Assembly: GCA_004764695.1 (NCBI GenBank)
Contig: SMSO01000034.1
Location: forward strand, 2,418,001-2,482,000
Length of the DNA: 64,000 bases
Direction: 5' to 3'
From: Schizochytrium sp. TIO01
Taxonomy: Eukaryota; Protista; Bigyra: Labyrinthulomycetes
Part shown: positions 49,970 to 60,850 of the stretch, in pieces
Numbering within the stretch: position 1 is the first letter of the stretch
Layout: each line of letters starts with the position of its first letter
Made by a program: the position numbers and the translations under genes
Notes under the pieces: generated by a model
What the model was told of the DNA's origin: nothing
The model's database searches: none
Seen by the model: the letters and a program-made list of their open reading frames with translations, nothing else

Positions 49970-50100
49970 GCGATCAAATTGCAAATTGAGGGCTGCCAAG
50001 TTCATGCAGACTTGGTAGAGACTTTGGGCACGCGGCGGCGGAGTTTGGTCAATCGGGCGCTTGAGCGATTTTGCTCGAGGCGAAGAATTTTGCTTTGCTT
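49970..50100 (-). pseudogene. Possible frameshifted bZIP fragment
   Basis: KILRLEQNRSSARLTKLRRR (N-x7-K basic region) in one frame, followed by AQSLYQVCMNLAALNLQF (heptad L/L/F) in another frame. Confidence 0.35.
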
Positions 50101-51454
50101 GACGCTCTCGTTTCGTTTGACGATCAGAGATTTGGTATTCGCAACCAGGAAGCAAATCGTTGTTTGCATCGCTGGAATCAAGCGCGATTCTCCGTCAAGC
50201 GCGATGCGAGGAGGGCGTAGGGTATGTGGGCAGGCAGGCAGGCAGCGTGCGGCTTCAATCGAGCTTCGAGCTCAAGTTGGCGGGAGACATCCATCGAACC
50301 AGCGCGCCCGCGAGGTTGAGATTGAATGGTCAACTTCGTAAGTATGTTTGCGAGAGTCGATTTTCATTTGCTGTCTGAATGGGAGAGGTGTGCACCGTCG
50401 CATTTCTTTCGCGCAGCAAACATTTTTTGTTTTGGAATTTTTTGTTTTTGTATTTCTTGCTTTTCTAATTCTCTTATTGTTTTAGAATATGATCATACGT
50501 TTGTACTTTAACATTATTGTTTCACTTTTTTGTTTTTTATATTCACATGTATTTATATGTGTGCCATTGTCTTTCTTCAAAGCCTTCTTCCATAGAGTAG
50601 AAGACGGGTCGGATAATCGTTGAGAATTCAGATCTCGCCAGATGCGCGCAAGAGAAGTTTTGCCGACACTGGCAAGTCTACTCACAGCCACATATCTGTG
50701 CACGTGCCAATCAGTTGAGAAAGCAAAACTATGAAGCGAAGGTTTCGAAAGCTGAAAAGAACTCGGGAAAATATTTTGCAAAGAAAATACTTACCAACAG
50801 CACTTAAGAATAGGAAAAAGAAAAGAAAAAGCCGCAGCTCAACAATAGTGCTTTTAGCTATTCTGTAAAAAATGAAAATAAGATAAAATAAATAACAAGA
50901 TTAAGCTCGCTTCTCCCGGGGCCTCAGCTAAAAGCGAGTTGGTCCACATAACTACATTGATGCTACAGCCAGCGCTCGGGCTGAATATTCCAGCAATCGC
51001 GCGAGACATGGCCTTGCTCAAGTCGAAACAAACGGAAAAACTCACACTCAGTGATAACGCTCGAGCACGCAGAACTGGCGATTCGGAAGTGACAATCAAT
51101 CGATCTCTTTTTTTACCTTTTTAATTTTATTTTACTTTACTTTTTATTTACTTATAATATATCAGCCAATAGTGGGCTCCTCTGGCACGCGCTCGACGGA
51201 GCACTTTTATTAATACATTATAGCCCAAACAATAGCACTCACATGCGCCCACGCACACCAAAGTTTCGGAAAGTCTCGACGAGCTCTAGCAAATCCAGAA
51301 CTCGGAAACATTCTCATCACAATTTAGCAGGGCCTAGAAGTCCTCGTGCGTTTTGCGAAGTATCGGGTTGTCATATAAAGCTTTGAGTTGTGAAAGCGGA
51401 GTCAGTACTATTTACTTGGAGCAAGGGCGAACATAGGTGTCAGGGTGCACCACA

Positions 51455-54400
51455 ATGGACCCTCGAAAAGGGGCTGGGTTCGTGCAAGAGCTTGTATGCG
51501 AGGCCTCGAAATTGCTCAAAGGAGCAACCACATGTCATCGACGAGCAGCACATCTTGATGAAGTGCTTGCCATCCTGGCGGAGGAGCTCACGAAGCTAAA
51601 TGAGGACAACCGTGGCGTGGATATATCACTTGTTGAATCAGGTGTACGTGAGTTTGTGACAGAAATCCGGCCACATGTTGGAGAGCAACAAGGTGAAGTC
51701 TCACAAATCATTCGTCTTATGAACACGAGGCAAACGAGGTTTGCGCTCTCAGATGCTGAAAAACGCATCCGCAACACAATGAACATTTGTCAGATCGAGC
51801 CTACCTTGGCGCTAAGTCTCGACGATGCGGATGACATCGATCTAAGCGATGCTAGTGATGACTCCGCACAGCTTCTATCTATTCTCGAAGGTTTGCAGGA
51901 AGAAAATAAGATTGGAGAAGAATATTTGACAATCATCATCGACCTTTGCCGGGAAGATACGATGGTAGACTTTGATGCGATGCTTGATGGTCTTGCTGGA
52001 TCTCGCAGACAGCGACAGGCAGTAGAAAAACTTGCAACCTACCTGCTGCTGAGGCAAGAATCCGAAATCGCGTCTTTGTCTCCAGAGAGTGTGACTGTCA
52101 ATGAACCGATCGAAGTTCTTGGCCAAGGCCATTTTGGTCAGGTTCTTGCTGGTGTTCTGCAAGGCCCGAACGGTCGCAAAATTGATGTAGCAATCAAACA
52201 CATTCTTCCGTCTCGCGATCGACTTCAGCTCAAGGAGCAAAAGGCACTCATCACTGAAGCAGAACATTGGCGCGGCTTACAGCACCCGAACATTGTGTGC
52301 TTGCTGGGAACTTGTATTTTGCACAAGCGTCTTCAACTTATTATGGATAGATGTGACCTTTCTCTTGACGAGTTACTTTATGATACTGATGTGGCAAACT
52401 CTAATCCCCTGACTATGGAAGGCAAAGAAACCATTCTACGGGGAATGGCTCGAGGTCTCGATTACTTGCACAGCCAAGGCATTATTCACCGTGACTTGAA
52501 GCCTGCAAATGTCATGCTTAGCAAAGACCTTGGGCTTGTTAAGCTCACAGATTTTGGTTTAGCCACACACACACTCCCCAACATGAGCATTGCAGAAAAT
52601 ACCATCACCGTCGGCACTCCTGTATACATGGCCCCGGAAATTATTCACCCACCAGCTCGCTGGACAACTCGTGCAGATATTTACTCCTACGGCTTGATTA
52701 TGTGGGAAATCTATCACGGAGAATCTCCTTTCGGACGAATGACGTCCACCTCTGACCTTGAACAAAGAGTATTAAATGGTGACCGGCCTGTCATTTCAGA
52801 TGAACTCAATCTTCCAGCATGGGTCAAACAAACCATTAAACAATGCTGGCAGCATGTACCCGAAGACCGCCCTCACGCCGTGGACATTTTGAAAAAGTTA
52901 GAGTCTAATGGTGTTCGTTCTCGGCGCTCCACAAAAATTATTCGCGGAATTGTTTCTACCTTGGCTCGCACCAGAAGCCGCGGAAGTACCACTTTAGATT
53001 CAAAGGCGGGTATTGTACAAGAGGTACAAGGCCTTCTGCGCGACTTAACGGAAGGTGACGTTTCCGACGATCTTCTCCCAACACTCAGGGGTATCCAGCA
53101 AGCTTTGGAGAAAGAGCGGATGGCTGGGAATGGCAGCGAAGAACTCCGCACAGAAGTACGAAGCCGCGGTATTCTAATTCAAGTCCGCGGCATTCTCGAA
53201 AATGAATCCCACGAAGTTGAAACCTATACACAGGCTTTGCTTGTACTTCGTGATGCGTTGACTGGTACCAATGCACTTCCATTCCGCGAGGCAGCTGTGC
53301 AATCATACCACATGGGTGAAGCGGTTATCAACCTAATGCAACGATTTCGTGAGGATGGTGACCTTCAAGCAGCAGCATGCAGTGTCCTTGCATATCTTGC
53401 CTTTTCGCTAGAAGAAAACATGGAGATCCTTGGTCATCGCTTGAAGGTTGGTAATGATATTGTAGCTGCTATGGATAACCATCGCGAGAACCAGGATGTA
53501 CAAGAAGCAGCTTTGGAGGCCGTATACTATCTTTCTGTGAATGAAGAAAACCGTCAACGTCTTGTACATGAGTTAACCATCGGCGAGAAAATAATGACTG
53601 CAATGAAGACACACCCGGATAATGCAAGCCTTCAAGAATATGCATGCGGAGCAATTGCAAATCTTGCTGTTGACGAACAAAATCGCGAGATTCTTGTTCG
53701 TGTGCGCCATGCAGGAGAAGAAATTATAAAGGCCATGGAGACCCACATTGACCATGCCGGAGTTCAGGAAAAAGCATGTGGTGCAATTTGGAATATGGCA
53801 TACAACGAAAGCAACTGTGACTTTCTTGGTCAGAACCTCCATATTGGCGTTGAAATACTTGCCTCTATGCAGGCTCATCGAACCAATCCTGGTGTACAGC
53901 GAATGGCATGTGGCGCGATTGCTACCTTGTGTGACAATGAGCGAAATCAAATTACCTTTGGCCAGGAGCTGCACGCCGGAAATGAAATACAGGCAGCTAT
54001 GAGGGAGCATGTCAATAACCCCGCAATTCAGGAGCAAGCATGCAGGGCTATCTGGAAACTGGCTTGCAATGAGCGTAATCGTGAGATTTTGGGTCAACAG
54101 CTGAACATTGGCGCTGAGATCGTTGCAGCTATGCGAACACAACGCAGCAGTGTTTCTGTTCAAGAAAAGGCATGCGGTGCGATATGGCAGCTTGCCGAAA
54201 ATGAACATAATCAGGGAACTCTTGGGCAGCAGCTCAAGGTTGGAACTGAAATTGTTGCAGCTATGAAAAGACATCGTGCCAGCGCAGAAGTTCAAAAGGC
54301 TGCATGCAGTGCTCTTGCAAGCCTTGCAGCAAATGACCGAAACAAAGAAATTCTTGGTCAAGAGTTAAACGCAGGCAAGGAAATTATTGCAGCGATGCAA

Positions 54401-54589
54401 GCACATCGTGCAAACGCTGCTGTACAGGAGGAAGCTTGCAGTGCACTCACAAATCTTGCTCTGAACGGATCGGTAAAGACACTTCTACGACGCCAAAGTG
54501 CTGCTCAAGAAGTCAAGCTTGCCCACGAGCGATTTCCCTCGCTTGAGCCAGCGAAAAGAGCCCACTCAAAACTCAAGTCCTTTTTCTGA
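51455..54589 (+). CDS. MLKL-like helical bundle / predicted active TKL-like kinase / ARM-repeat protein (9 clear repeats)
   Basis: The track start at 51437 is GTG; the first ATG is at 51455 (MDPRKG). Motifs GQGHFG, VAIK, HRDLKPAN, DFG and YMAPE are all intact. 44-aa ARM repeats. Confidence 0.92.
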   Translation: MDPRKGAGFVQELVCEASKLLKGATTCHRRAAHLDEVLAILAEELTKLNEDNRGVDISLVESGVREFVTEIRPHVGEQQGEVSQIIRLMNTRQTRFALSDAEKRIRNTMNICQIEPTLALSLDDADDIDLSDASDDSAQLLSILEGLQEENKIGEEYLTIIIDLCREDTMVDFDAMLDGLAGSRRQRQAVEKLATYLLLRQESEIASLSPESVTVNEPIEVLGQGHFGQVLAGVLQGPNGRKIDVAIKHILPSRDRLQLKEQKALITEAEHWRGLQHPNIVCLLGTCILHKRLQLIMDRCDLSLDELLYDTDVANSNPLTMEGKETILRGMARGLDYLHSQGIIHRDLKPANVMLSKDLGLVKLTDFGLATHTLPNMSIAENTITVGTPVYMAPEIIHPPARWTTRADIYSYGLIMWEIYHGESPFGRMTSTSDLEQRVLNGDRPVISDELNLPAWVKQTIKQCWQHVPEDRPHAVDILKKLESNGVRSRRSTKIIRGIVSTLARTRSRGSTTLDSKAGIVQEVQGLLRDLTEGDVSDDLLPTLRGIQQALEKERMAGNGSEELRTEVRSRGILIQVRGILENESHEVETYTQALLVLRDALTGTNALPFREAAVQSYHMGEAVINLMQRFREDGDLQAAACSVLAYLAFSLEENMEILGHRLKVGNDIVAAMDNHRENQDVQEAALEAVYYLSVNEENRQRLVHELTIGEKIMTAMKTHPDNASLQEYACGAIANLAVDEQNREILVRVRHAGEEIIKAMETHIDHAGVQEKACGAIWNMAYNESNCDFLGQNLHIGVEILASMQAHRTNPGVQRMACGAIATLCDNERNQITFGQELHAGNEIQAAMREHVNNPAIQEQACRAIWKLACNERNREILGQQLNIGAEIVAAMRTQRSSVSVQEKACGAIWQLAENEHNQGTLGQQLKVGTEIVAAMKRHRASAEVQKAACSALASLAANDRNKEILGQELNAGKEIIAAMQAHRANAAVQEEACSALTNLALNGSVKTLLRRQSAAQEVKLAHERFPSLEPAKRAHSKLKSFF

Positions 54590-55242
54590 GCATATAGATA
54601 TTGGGTGTTGCTCCATGTTATTTACACACACCTTCAACTTGAACATTATATGATTTTTATTAGTTCTCGTATATCTCAGCTCTACCACAGCTGTGAAATG
54701 CGGGAACAGACCCTCCTCGTGCGAAGTAGTCGAATTTTGCTAATCTTTGATCCTGTATGCATGGCAACGGAAGACTTCTTTAATTCGAGACGTATCACCA
54801 TCTTTTTTGTTTTATTAGATTGCAGTCGTAGATTTGTTATTTTCTTTTTAGTTATCAATCTTTACCTCATTAAAGTTCTTAATCGGAGTCATCAATCTCT
54901 TATGTATGCTCAAATCTGGATTTATTTCTGCATCAATTGGAAACTGTTTTTTTAGTAAGAATGACTATAAAATCTTTCGAATGTGTTTTATTGCCCTTTG
55001 GCCATAGAAGGGTGTGTATGTGGTGAACTAGTGCTTTGAAGCTCTACTCGGTTCATTTCGTCCAACCAAAACTTCTGCAGTATTGGATTTTTGAAGTCAT
55101 TCCCTCGCTACACATTCAAAAGGATAGGAGCACATTTGAAAACATTTTGTTGAAATAAACTGTAGAGAGCCACACCTTTCTTAATGATTTCTGAAAGCTT
55201 CTGTTCAAGTGACCGCATCCTCTCTTATCTACTCTTTCAAAT

Positions 55243-55285
55243 AAACAAACAAACAAACAAACAAACAAACAAACAAACAAACAAA
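55243..55285 (+). repeat. (AAAC)n microsatellite
   Basis: Direct reading, about 10 copies. Confidence 0.95.
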
Positions 55286-55415
55286 TTGATTCTAGGTGGC
55301 GATCTATTTAAAATGTGTAACTAGCAGATAACAGAGGGTTGTTTCATTTGTTCAAGGAATGTCAGCGCTTTGGACATCACTGTGTTCAGCAAACTCATCT
55401 TTGTAGTGAAGAACT

Positions 55416-56219
55416 TTACTTCGAACCAAGATCGAGTATTTCAGCATCTGAAATTAGTAAGATGGTACCCTGAGAACCCCCAATGCGAAGTTTACTTCGG
55501 CCATCAGCAAGTTTCTCGATGCCGGATACGTTAATATCTCCATATAGCACAAACAAATCTTTCCTATCTTCCGGCGAAGACTCCAGGCCATGAGGAGCTC
55601 GAACAACATGGACTCCAGTTTGGGTAAAGTTGATAAACCCAAGATCTCTCTGTCCCTGAAAACCGTTCGAAGTGGCTTGAAGCATATCCTCTTCGTCGTG
55701 TAGAGTCACCATATCCACAGAATGCTCTTGGGCTTCTTTCATGTAGCTCTGCACCCAACTTGCGTCATCTCTGGTTGATTGTGTGCCTACTACTTGGGCA
55801 ACCTGTGGTGAATTTTGGCCATTAGATAAAGTAGCTATGACAGCAGGGGCGACGGCTGCAGCAACGTTATATGGTTGGCTTGTTGGAATACGTACATTAT
55901 TTAGGGTTCCAGACTCTGCAACTTTTGCAATGCAAACAGCTATTGCACAATAATACAAGATAGTGCCAATAACAGAGAGACCAATAATAACGCCAGCGAC
56001 GATGCCAATGATTTTCCCTGTGTTTTGAGCACTGCTCATAGTTTCGGACACTTCATCTGAATTGCAAAAATAGCCTGAGATAGTATATCCTGACGCACAT
56101 TCGGTGCAATCATAAGTTGTGCATGATAAGCAATTAGTCGCGCATGAATAAGTCTGCGCAATTTGAATGAAGATCAAGATTAGACTAAACACACCAACGC
56201 GAGTCATATCCCTTCTCAT
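55416..56219 (-). CDS. Type I membrane protein with one Cys-rich (furin/VSP-like) ectodomain module
   Basis: Signal peptide VGVFSLILIFIQIAQTYS, module CATNCLSCTTYDCTECASGY..C, TM helix IIGIVAGVIIGLSVIGTILYYC, and a cytoplasmic tail of about 170 aa. Confidence 0.82.
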   Translation of the reverse strand: MRRDMTRVGVFSLILIFIQIAQTYSCATNCLSCTTYDCTECASGYTISGYFCNSDEVSETMSSAQNTGKIIGIVAGVIIGLSVIGTILYYCAIAVCIAKVAESGTLNNVRIPTSQPYNVAAAVAPAVIATLSNGQNSPQVAQVVGTQSTRDDASWVQSYMKEAQEHSVDMVTLHDEEDMLQATSNGFQGQRDLGFINFTQTGVHVVRAPHGLESSPEDRKDLFVLYGDINVSGIEKLADGRSKLRIGGSQGTILLISDAEILDLGSK

Positions 56220-57612
56220 TGTCTTGACCTTTATACCAAAAAAATTACTCTTCCCTCTATCACCAATGCCACAAGGGCTTTCTCACAGCTCCAGTGAGTG
56301 TTGAAGACTTGATGATTTGCTTCAGAGTTTTTGGTCTGCTGTGCCTCCTAAGCTGTCTGCGCTCTCTTGGTATCATGAATGTTGACAAGGTACTCTAGTT
56401 CTACTGTTCTACCCAGTTTTTATGACGGTAGCTATACTATCATAGAGTGCTCTTACCACCATCTAAAACTTCGCTCTTAGTATTCTTTTTAGCACTGAAA
56501 AGTCTCACGAAAGAGGGAAATTGGGATGTGCACCTCACTAATTAACACTATGTCATTATTACGATTACTATAGTAGGGTAAGACCAAGCATGCACGTGGG
56601 TTTGTCATGCGCACGCCCAACTTTTCTGTAGTCATTTGTATCAGTCATTTTCATCGAGGGGGGGTAACATTGCTTAGGCTTTCACCTCGCTCTAACTACC
56701 TAGATGGGTATCTAGGTAACAGTGACTTCAAATTTAGATTGTTTTGGATTGAGTCTTTACCCAAGCTAACTGGCTACCTATAAGTCGTACACCCCGTGGG
56801 GCTTGGGTGTGTATATTGCTTTGCGAGGGAGTGCATGAACGTGGGAGACGATAGTCATATGTGCGCTGTTTGTAGATTAAACATATAGTACTACAATAGC
56901 AACCATATATTTTTGTATTGTAAGGTACAGTTCCAAGATTGCACCGCGTGCCTGGAAAAGAGATCTGATCTGAGCAGGTACCTTCATAGAGGAATTGCTA
57001 AGTAATCATGATGACGAATTGTTTTAGCCCAACATAATTTTTTTAACTTATAACCTTTTTATCTTGAGGAGGAAGAGATCGTTGGGTGCCAACTTGCACA
57101 CCCTACCTCATTAAAATCTATTCACAGTTAGTAAAACAAACTTAGGCCAAAACAATCACTCCTAGGTACGAAGAAGTATTTAATACTTAGGTTGGTAAAT
57201 AAAAGAAACCTCACTAGCTTTAAATCATCATGATAACTCATATGTCTTAGTGTTTCAAGGTTTCAGAGTCAGGCCAGCTAAGGCTTGCAACTCTGCCGAA
57301 AATGGTAGTGTTGGCGTGTTAGTTGCAAAGCAGTTTATCGATTACTAAGGAAAATAAAAGCCACAACAAGAAAATTAGATTTAGTTCTTGCTCTAAGGAC
57401 GTGCATTGATTCAATCTGAACGTCTCTACTGTTTTGTGAAATACAGTTACCAGTGCAGTTTTTGTTCAAGTTTCCGTTCTAATCTTGATTATTCTTGAAA
57501 TAGGGAACTTCCAGTTAGTGCACATATTTCTCAGACAGAGTTGTCAAGACTTACGTTTGCGAAAGATTGTCCATCTGGCCGATGCAATATCAGCAATATC
57601 TCAGACATTGCC

Positions 57613-57741
57613 ATGTTTGAGTGTAAAAGAACCAAACTGGAATTGGGATGTTTGAGTGCAAAAGAACCAAACTGGAATTGGGATGTTTGAGTGCAAAAGA
57701 ACCAAACTGGAATTGGGATGTTTGAGTGCAAAAGAACCAAA
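57613..57741 (+). repeat. 35-bp minisatellite x3.7 (ATGTTTGAGTGCAAAAGAACCAAACTGGAATTGGG)
   Basis: Units start at 57613, 57648, 57683 and 57718; one substitution in unit 1; no spacers. Confidence 0.95.
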
Positions 57742-59062
57742 ATATCTCGATAATGGTGGGTGCAGTATTTGGTGGGTGAATTTTACCCTATGCACGAAAT
57801 TGAGGTCGATCTCGGACTTTGAAGTATGAGACAAGAAGATGGAGAGAACATGATATGCGGGCTTGTAAGCATTTCTACCATGGGTTTTTGGAACACGGCT
57901 TAGTATACGTTTAAATAACAAGTTACTCGATAGGCTCTTGCATGAGGAATAATCATTTGTTATTGACCATATCTATAGCTGGACACCACAGCAAGGTGGC
58001 TAAGGGCCTTGATTAGGCGTCCAGGTTATTATAACATTTGCCTGGCCGATGCCATTCCGTAAGTCTGTTTTGCACAGTACACATAATGCAAAATGCTTTA
58101 TTTTGGATGAACTCCCTTCACAATGGGTGCTCATGTATGCGGGAAGCAGACGGAGGTCTATGCAGAAATTGTGATCAATGGAGAATGAAGTGACGAAACT
58201 CACACGTTTTCGTGGTTCCCTAATCTATTATTATTATTCTCTTCGTAGTTTACGTGGTATATAATGCACGAGATGCAGTCTAAAGGCACCCAAGAATCTA
58301 GACTCTTAGTATATTTAAATAACTCCCTAGACCGCTACAGAGGACTCACCATGTGTTCTTGCATTTGTTTACTCTTTGCTATCAAAAGCCAGTCTACGTT
58401 TCAGACCAAAAAAAAAAAATTACAAAGAAAGGATCGTTTGATGAAAATTGAACGGAGACAAGAATATCAAATTTTAAATTTATAGTAAAGTAATAATTGT
58501 TCCGCTGTTCTGTGCTTTCCCCAGGAAACAAAAACAAGAGGACATTGTTGTCGGGTAGTTGAGGTACGCGAAGAGAGAGGGGGAGAGGAGGGCTTGACAT
58601 ACTTGACATATTTCAAATATACTAATATATAAATATACTACAGTAGAGACCATAATTATTTTATGCTTGTCTTTATCATGATTCTAGGTACAAATCCTTT
58701 GATGTGCAGTGACCCCTATCTCAAAACGGGACATGAAAGCTGTATTTTTGGACTATAAAAGGCTGAGGTATTAACTCCACCAGGGCCATTATTCTTTGCT
58801 TTTAAAATATGGTTAGTATGGTTAGTATGATTAGTACAACCGTCTAAAGTTAAAGCTTTAAAAAAAAATTAAAAATAGAGAAGATGGGGTACTAAGAAAG
58901 GGTTTTATCTTGATTGAAATCCCCAAAACCTACCTAAAATTCGATGCAGTCACATTCTTCATATAATTGAAAAACAGATTTCAACAATATAGACAGTATG
59001 TAAACTACTAATGCAGGATTCCGTAGAAGCTCCTCAAGGTAAAAGTATTTGATAGAGCACCT

Positions 59063-59890
59063 TTAAGGTTTTGAACTATAGAATGTTTCTCCTAGCTTCA
59101 GTAGATTTAGTAAGAAACAAACTCGATCATCAGGTGCACAGGCTCCGCGGATACTAAATGCAAGGGCCTTTTTACAGAGCCCCATGCTCACAAAGGGGAT
59201 AGATCCAAAGGTTTTTCCTAGTGGTGTATGCTCACATGCAATGTCAGCAATGCGATCAGGAGTTCCGAAAACTAAGAGCCAAGTTAATATACACAAGCAA
59301 ACTAGGATAAGCGCACGGGCAAAAATGACACTTAGGCTATGCGCACCATGGCTTGAGTTTGAAAAGGTAGAGGGTTCCTTCTTTGAGCCCTTGCGAACGC
59401 TTTCAGATTGAGAGCCTTTAGTTGGCGTACTGTCTACTCCAGCTGGTTTCCAGAGCTCTGCTCGGCACATTTTAACTGCGATTTTCTCAATCAATGCCTT
59501 GAATTCAGGGTCAAACAGATCGCTATCTCTGAGAAGCAGGGATTCGTAAGCACGAAAATTGATCTCGTTGGCTTTCAAGCGTTCTCTGTCTTCTTTGCAT
59601 AGACCGTTCCGGGCTTTTGAAAAGGCGGCCTCGATATCTTTTTTGGACGTATTTACTCCGTACTTCTTTGCCATCATATGCAAATGTGAAACATTTACCG
59701 CATGTTCTTGACTCGCTACTTGAAAAACTAGCTGGGCCCCGCTAGATCTTAGTGAGTCATCTTGGACATCAGTTTGGGACTCTGCATTGGATTGGCTCTG
59801 GTTGAGCCTTCTCTTCGCGGACGGTGTTTTCGATCTGCTTTTCCTTGCACCATTGCTGCCTTGAACAGTGCTTCTGCCTTCCCTCGGCAT
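59063..59890 (-). CDS. Hypothetical ~275-aa membrane protein with a basic N-terminus and a C-proximal TM helix
   Basis: The track start at 59941 is GTG; the first ATG is at 59890 (MPREGRS). Basic stretch RKSRSKTPSAKRR; TM ALILVCLCILTWLLVFG; Cys-containing tail. Confidence 0.75.
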   Translation of the reverse strand: MPREGRSTVQGSNGARKSRSKTPSAKRRLNQSQSNAESQTDVQDDSLRSSGAQLVFQVASQEHAVNVSHLHMMAKKYGVNTSKKDIEAAFSKARNGLCKEDRERLKANEINFRAYESLLLRDSDLFDPEFKALIEKIAVKMCRAELWKPAGVDSTPTKGSQSESVRKGSKKEPSTFSNSSHGAHSLSVIFARALILVCLCILTWLLVFGTPDRIADIACEHTPLGKTFGSIPFVSMGLCKKALAFSIRGACAPDDRVCFLLNLLKLGETFYSSKP

Positions 59891-60459
59891 AGTTGGTTGC
59901 CTCTCTTGAGGTAGCCGAAGAATACTTTTTCTGATCGACACAGCTTCGCACAGCCTTCGATCCTAGAAATAGATCAACCCACGCAGCGCGCCAGGCTCTC
60001 TTTCTTATAAGACGAGACGGGGAACGAGCTCTTCTCTCGCAGTAGGTTCTTGTCGCGTGATTGTTGCTTTGTAGTCCCAGCGTGGTGATCACACACGTAT
60101 ACGACTAATGGATTATTGCGCGAGAGCGCTTCGCTGGCGCTCTCAGTAAGAATATCAATCTTTTTATCTTGAAAAGAACCTATGAGGAACTTAGGAGGAA
60201 CCGGCTGCACCAATTCTATGTAAAAACTTAGAACTTAAATACCCCCTCCAACTAGTATCGCGAATTGACTATAGAGTTCGACTGTTCCATGTCACGGTAA
60301 ATGATATATTGTAATCAATCAGGAAAATGGAGGAGGTCAGATAAGAAAATGGACAGTACAATTGTCCATGTCATAAGTGTGCCCCGCCAAGCAAAAAGAG
60401 AATTCCAAATGCCGGATTGGTGCCTCCGCCGTCTACAAGACATCGATCGGTGGAGCTGT

Positions 60460-60850
60460 CAACTTCAAAAGGCCGGGCTTGCTCGCCCTACTGGACTACC
60501 GAGATTCCCCGTAAGCTTGCAATTTGGCTCTGTCAAAACTACGGTGCTATCGCCCTTTTTGGCCTAAATGTGAAACCTCAACAAGTTAACAAGATGGATC
60601 AAAATCAAGTCAGCTCAAACGATATGTCGTTGGTTGGATTCCGAACAGCGCCCATTCGCAAAGCCGAGCTTTTCCCCTGGGAGTGGTGTAAACTGGTTAT
60701 TTGCCGAGAGGATTGCACTTGAAGACCATGCAATAAATATTGTAGCATCCACGACAAGCTCGGAACATCCAAGGTTCTCAAACTGCACATTCGTAGTCGA
60801 TCGTGATAGCCACGCCGCCAGAGGCATCCTTTTGCGCTACATATTTACCC
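60460..60850 (+). mobile_element. Decayed Fanzor2/TnpB-like RNA-guided nuclease (C-terminal RuvC and Zn-finger region), pseudogene
   Basis: Collinear motifs EIPRKLAIWLCQNY, FRTAPIRKAELFPWEWCKLVICREDCT*RPC, IHDKLGTSKVLK, then after a frameshift SNCTFVVDRDSHAARGILLRY. These match the remembered family consensus ELHxKLAxWLCxNY..FRxRLxxKA.xYPWCxVxICxExYTSKTC..IHxKLGGSKxFxC..CxxxxDRDxNxARNILLRY. Confidence 0.8.

Noticed and set aside
57613-57741. CRISPR-like 35-bp repeats
   Set aside because: The units are contiguous with no spacers, there are no cas genes, and the context is eukaryotic.
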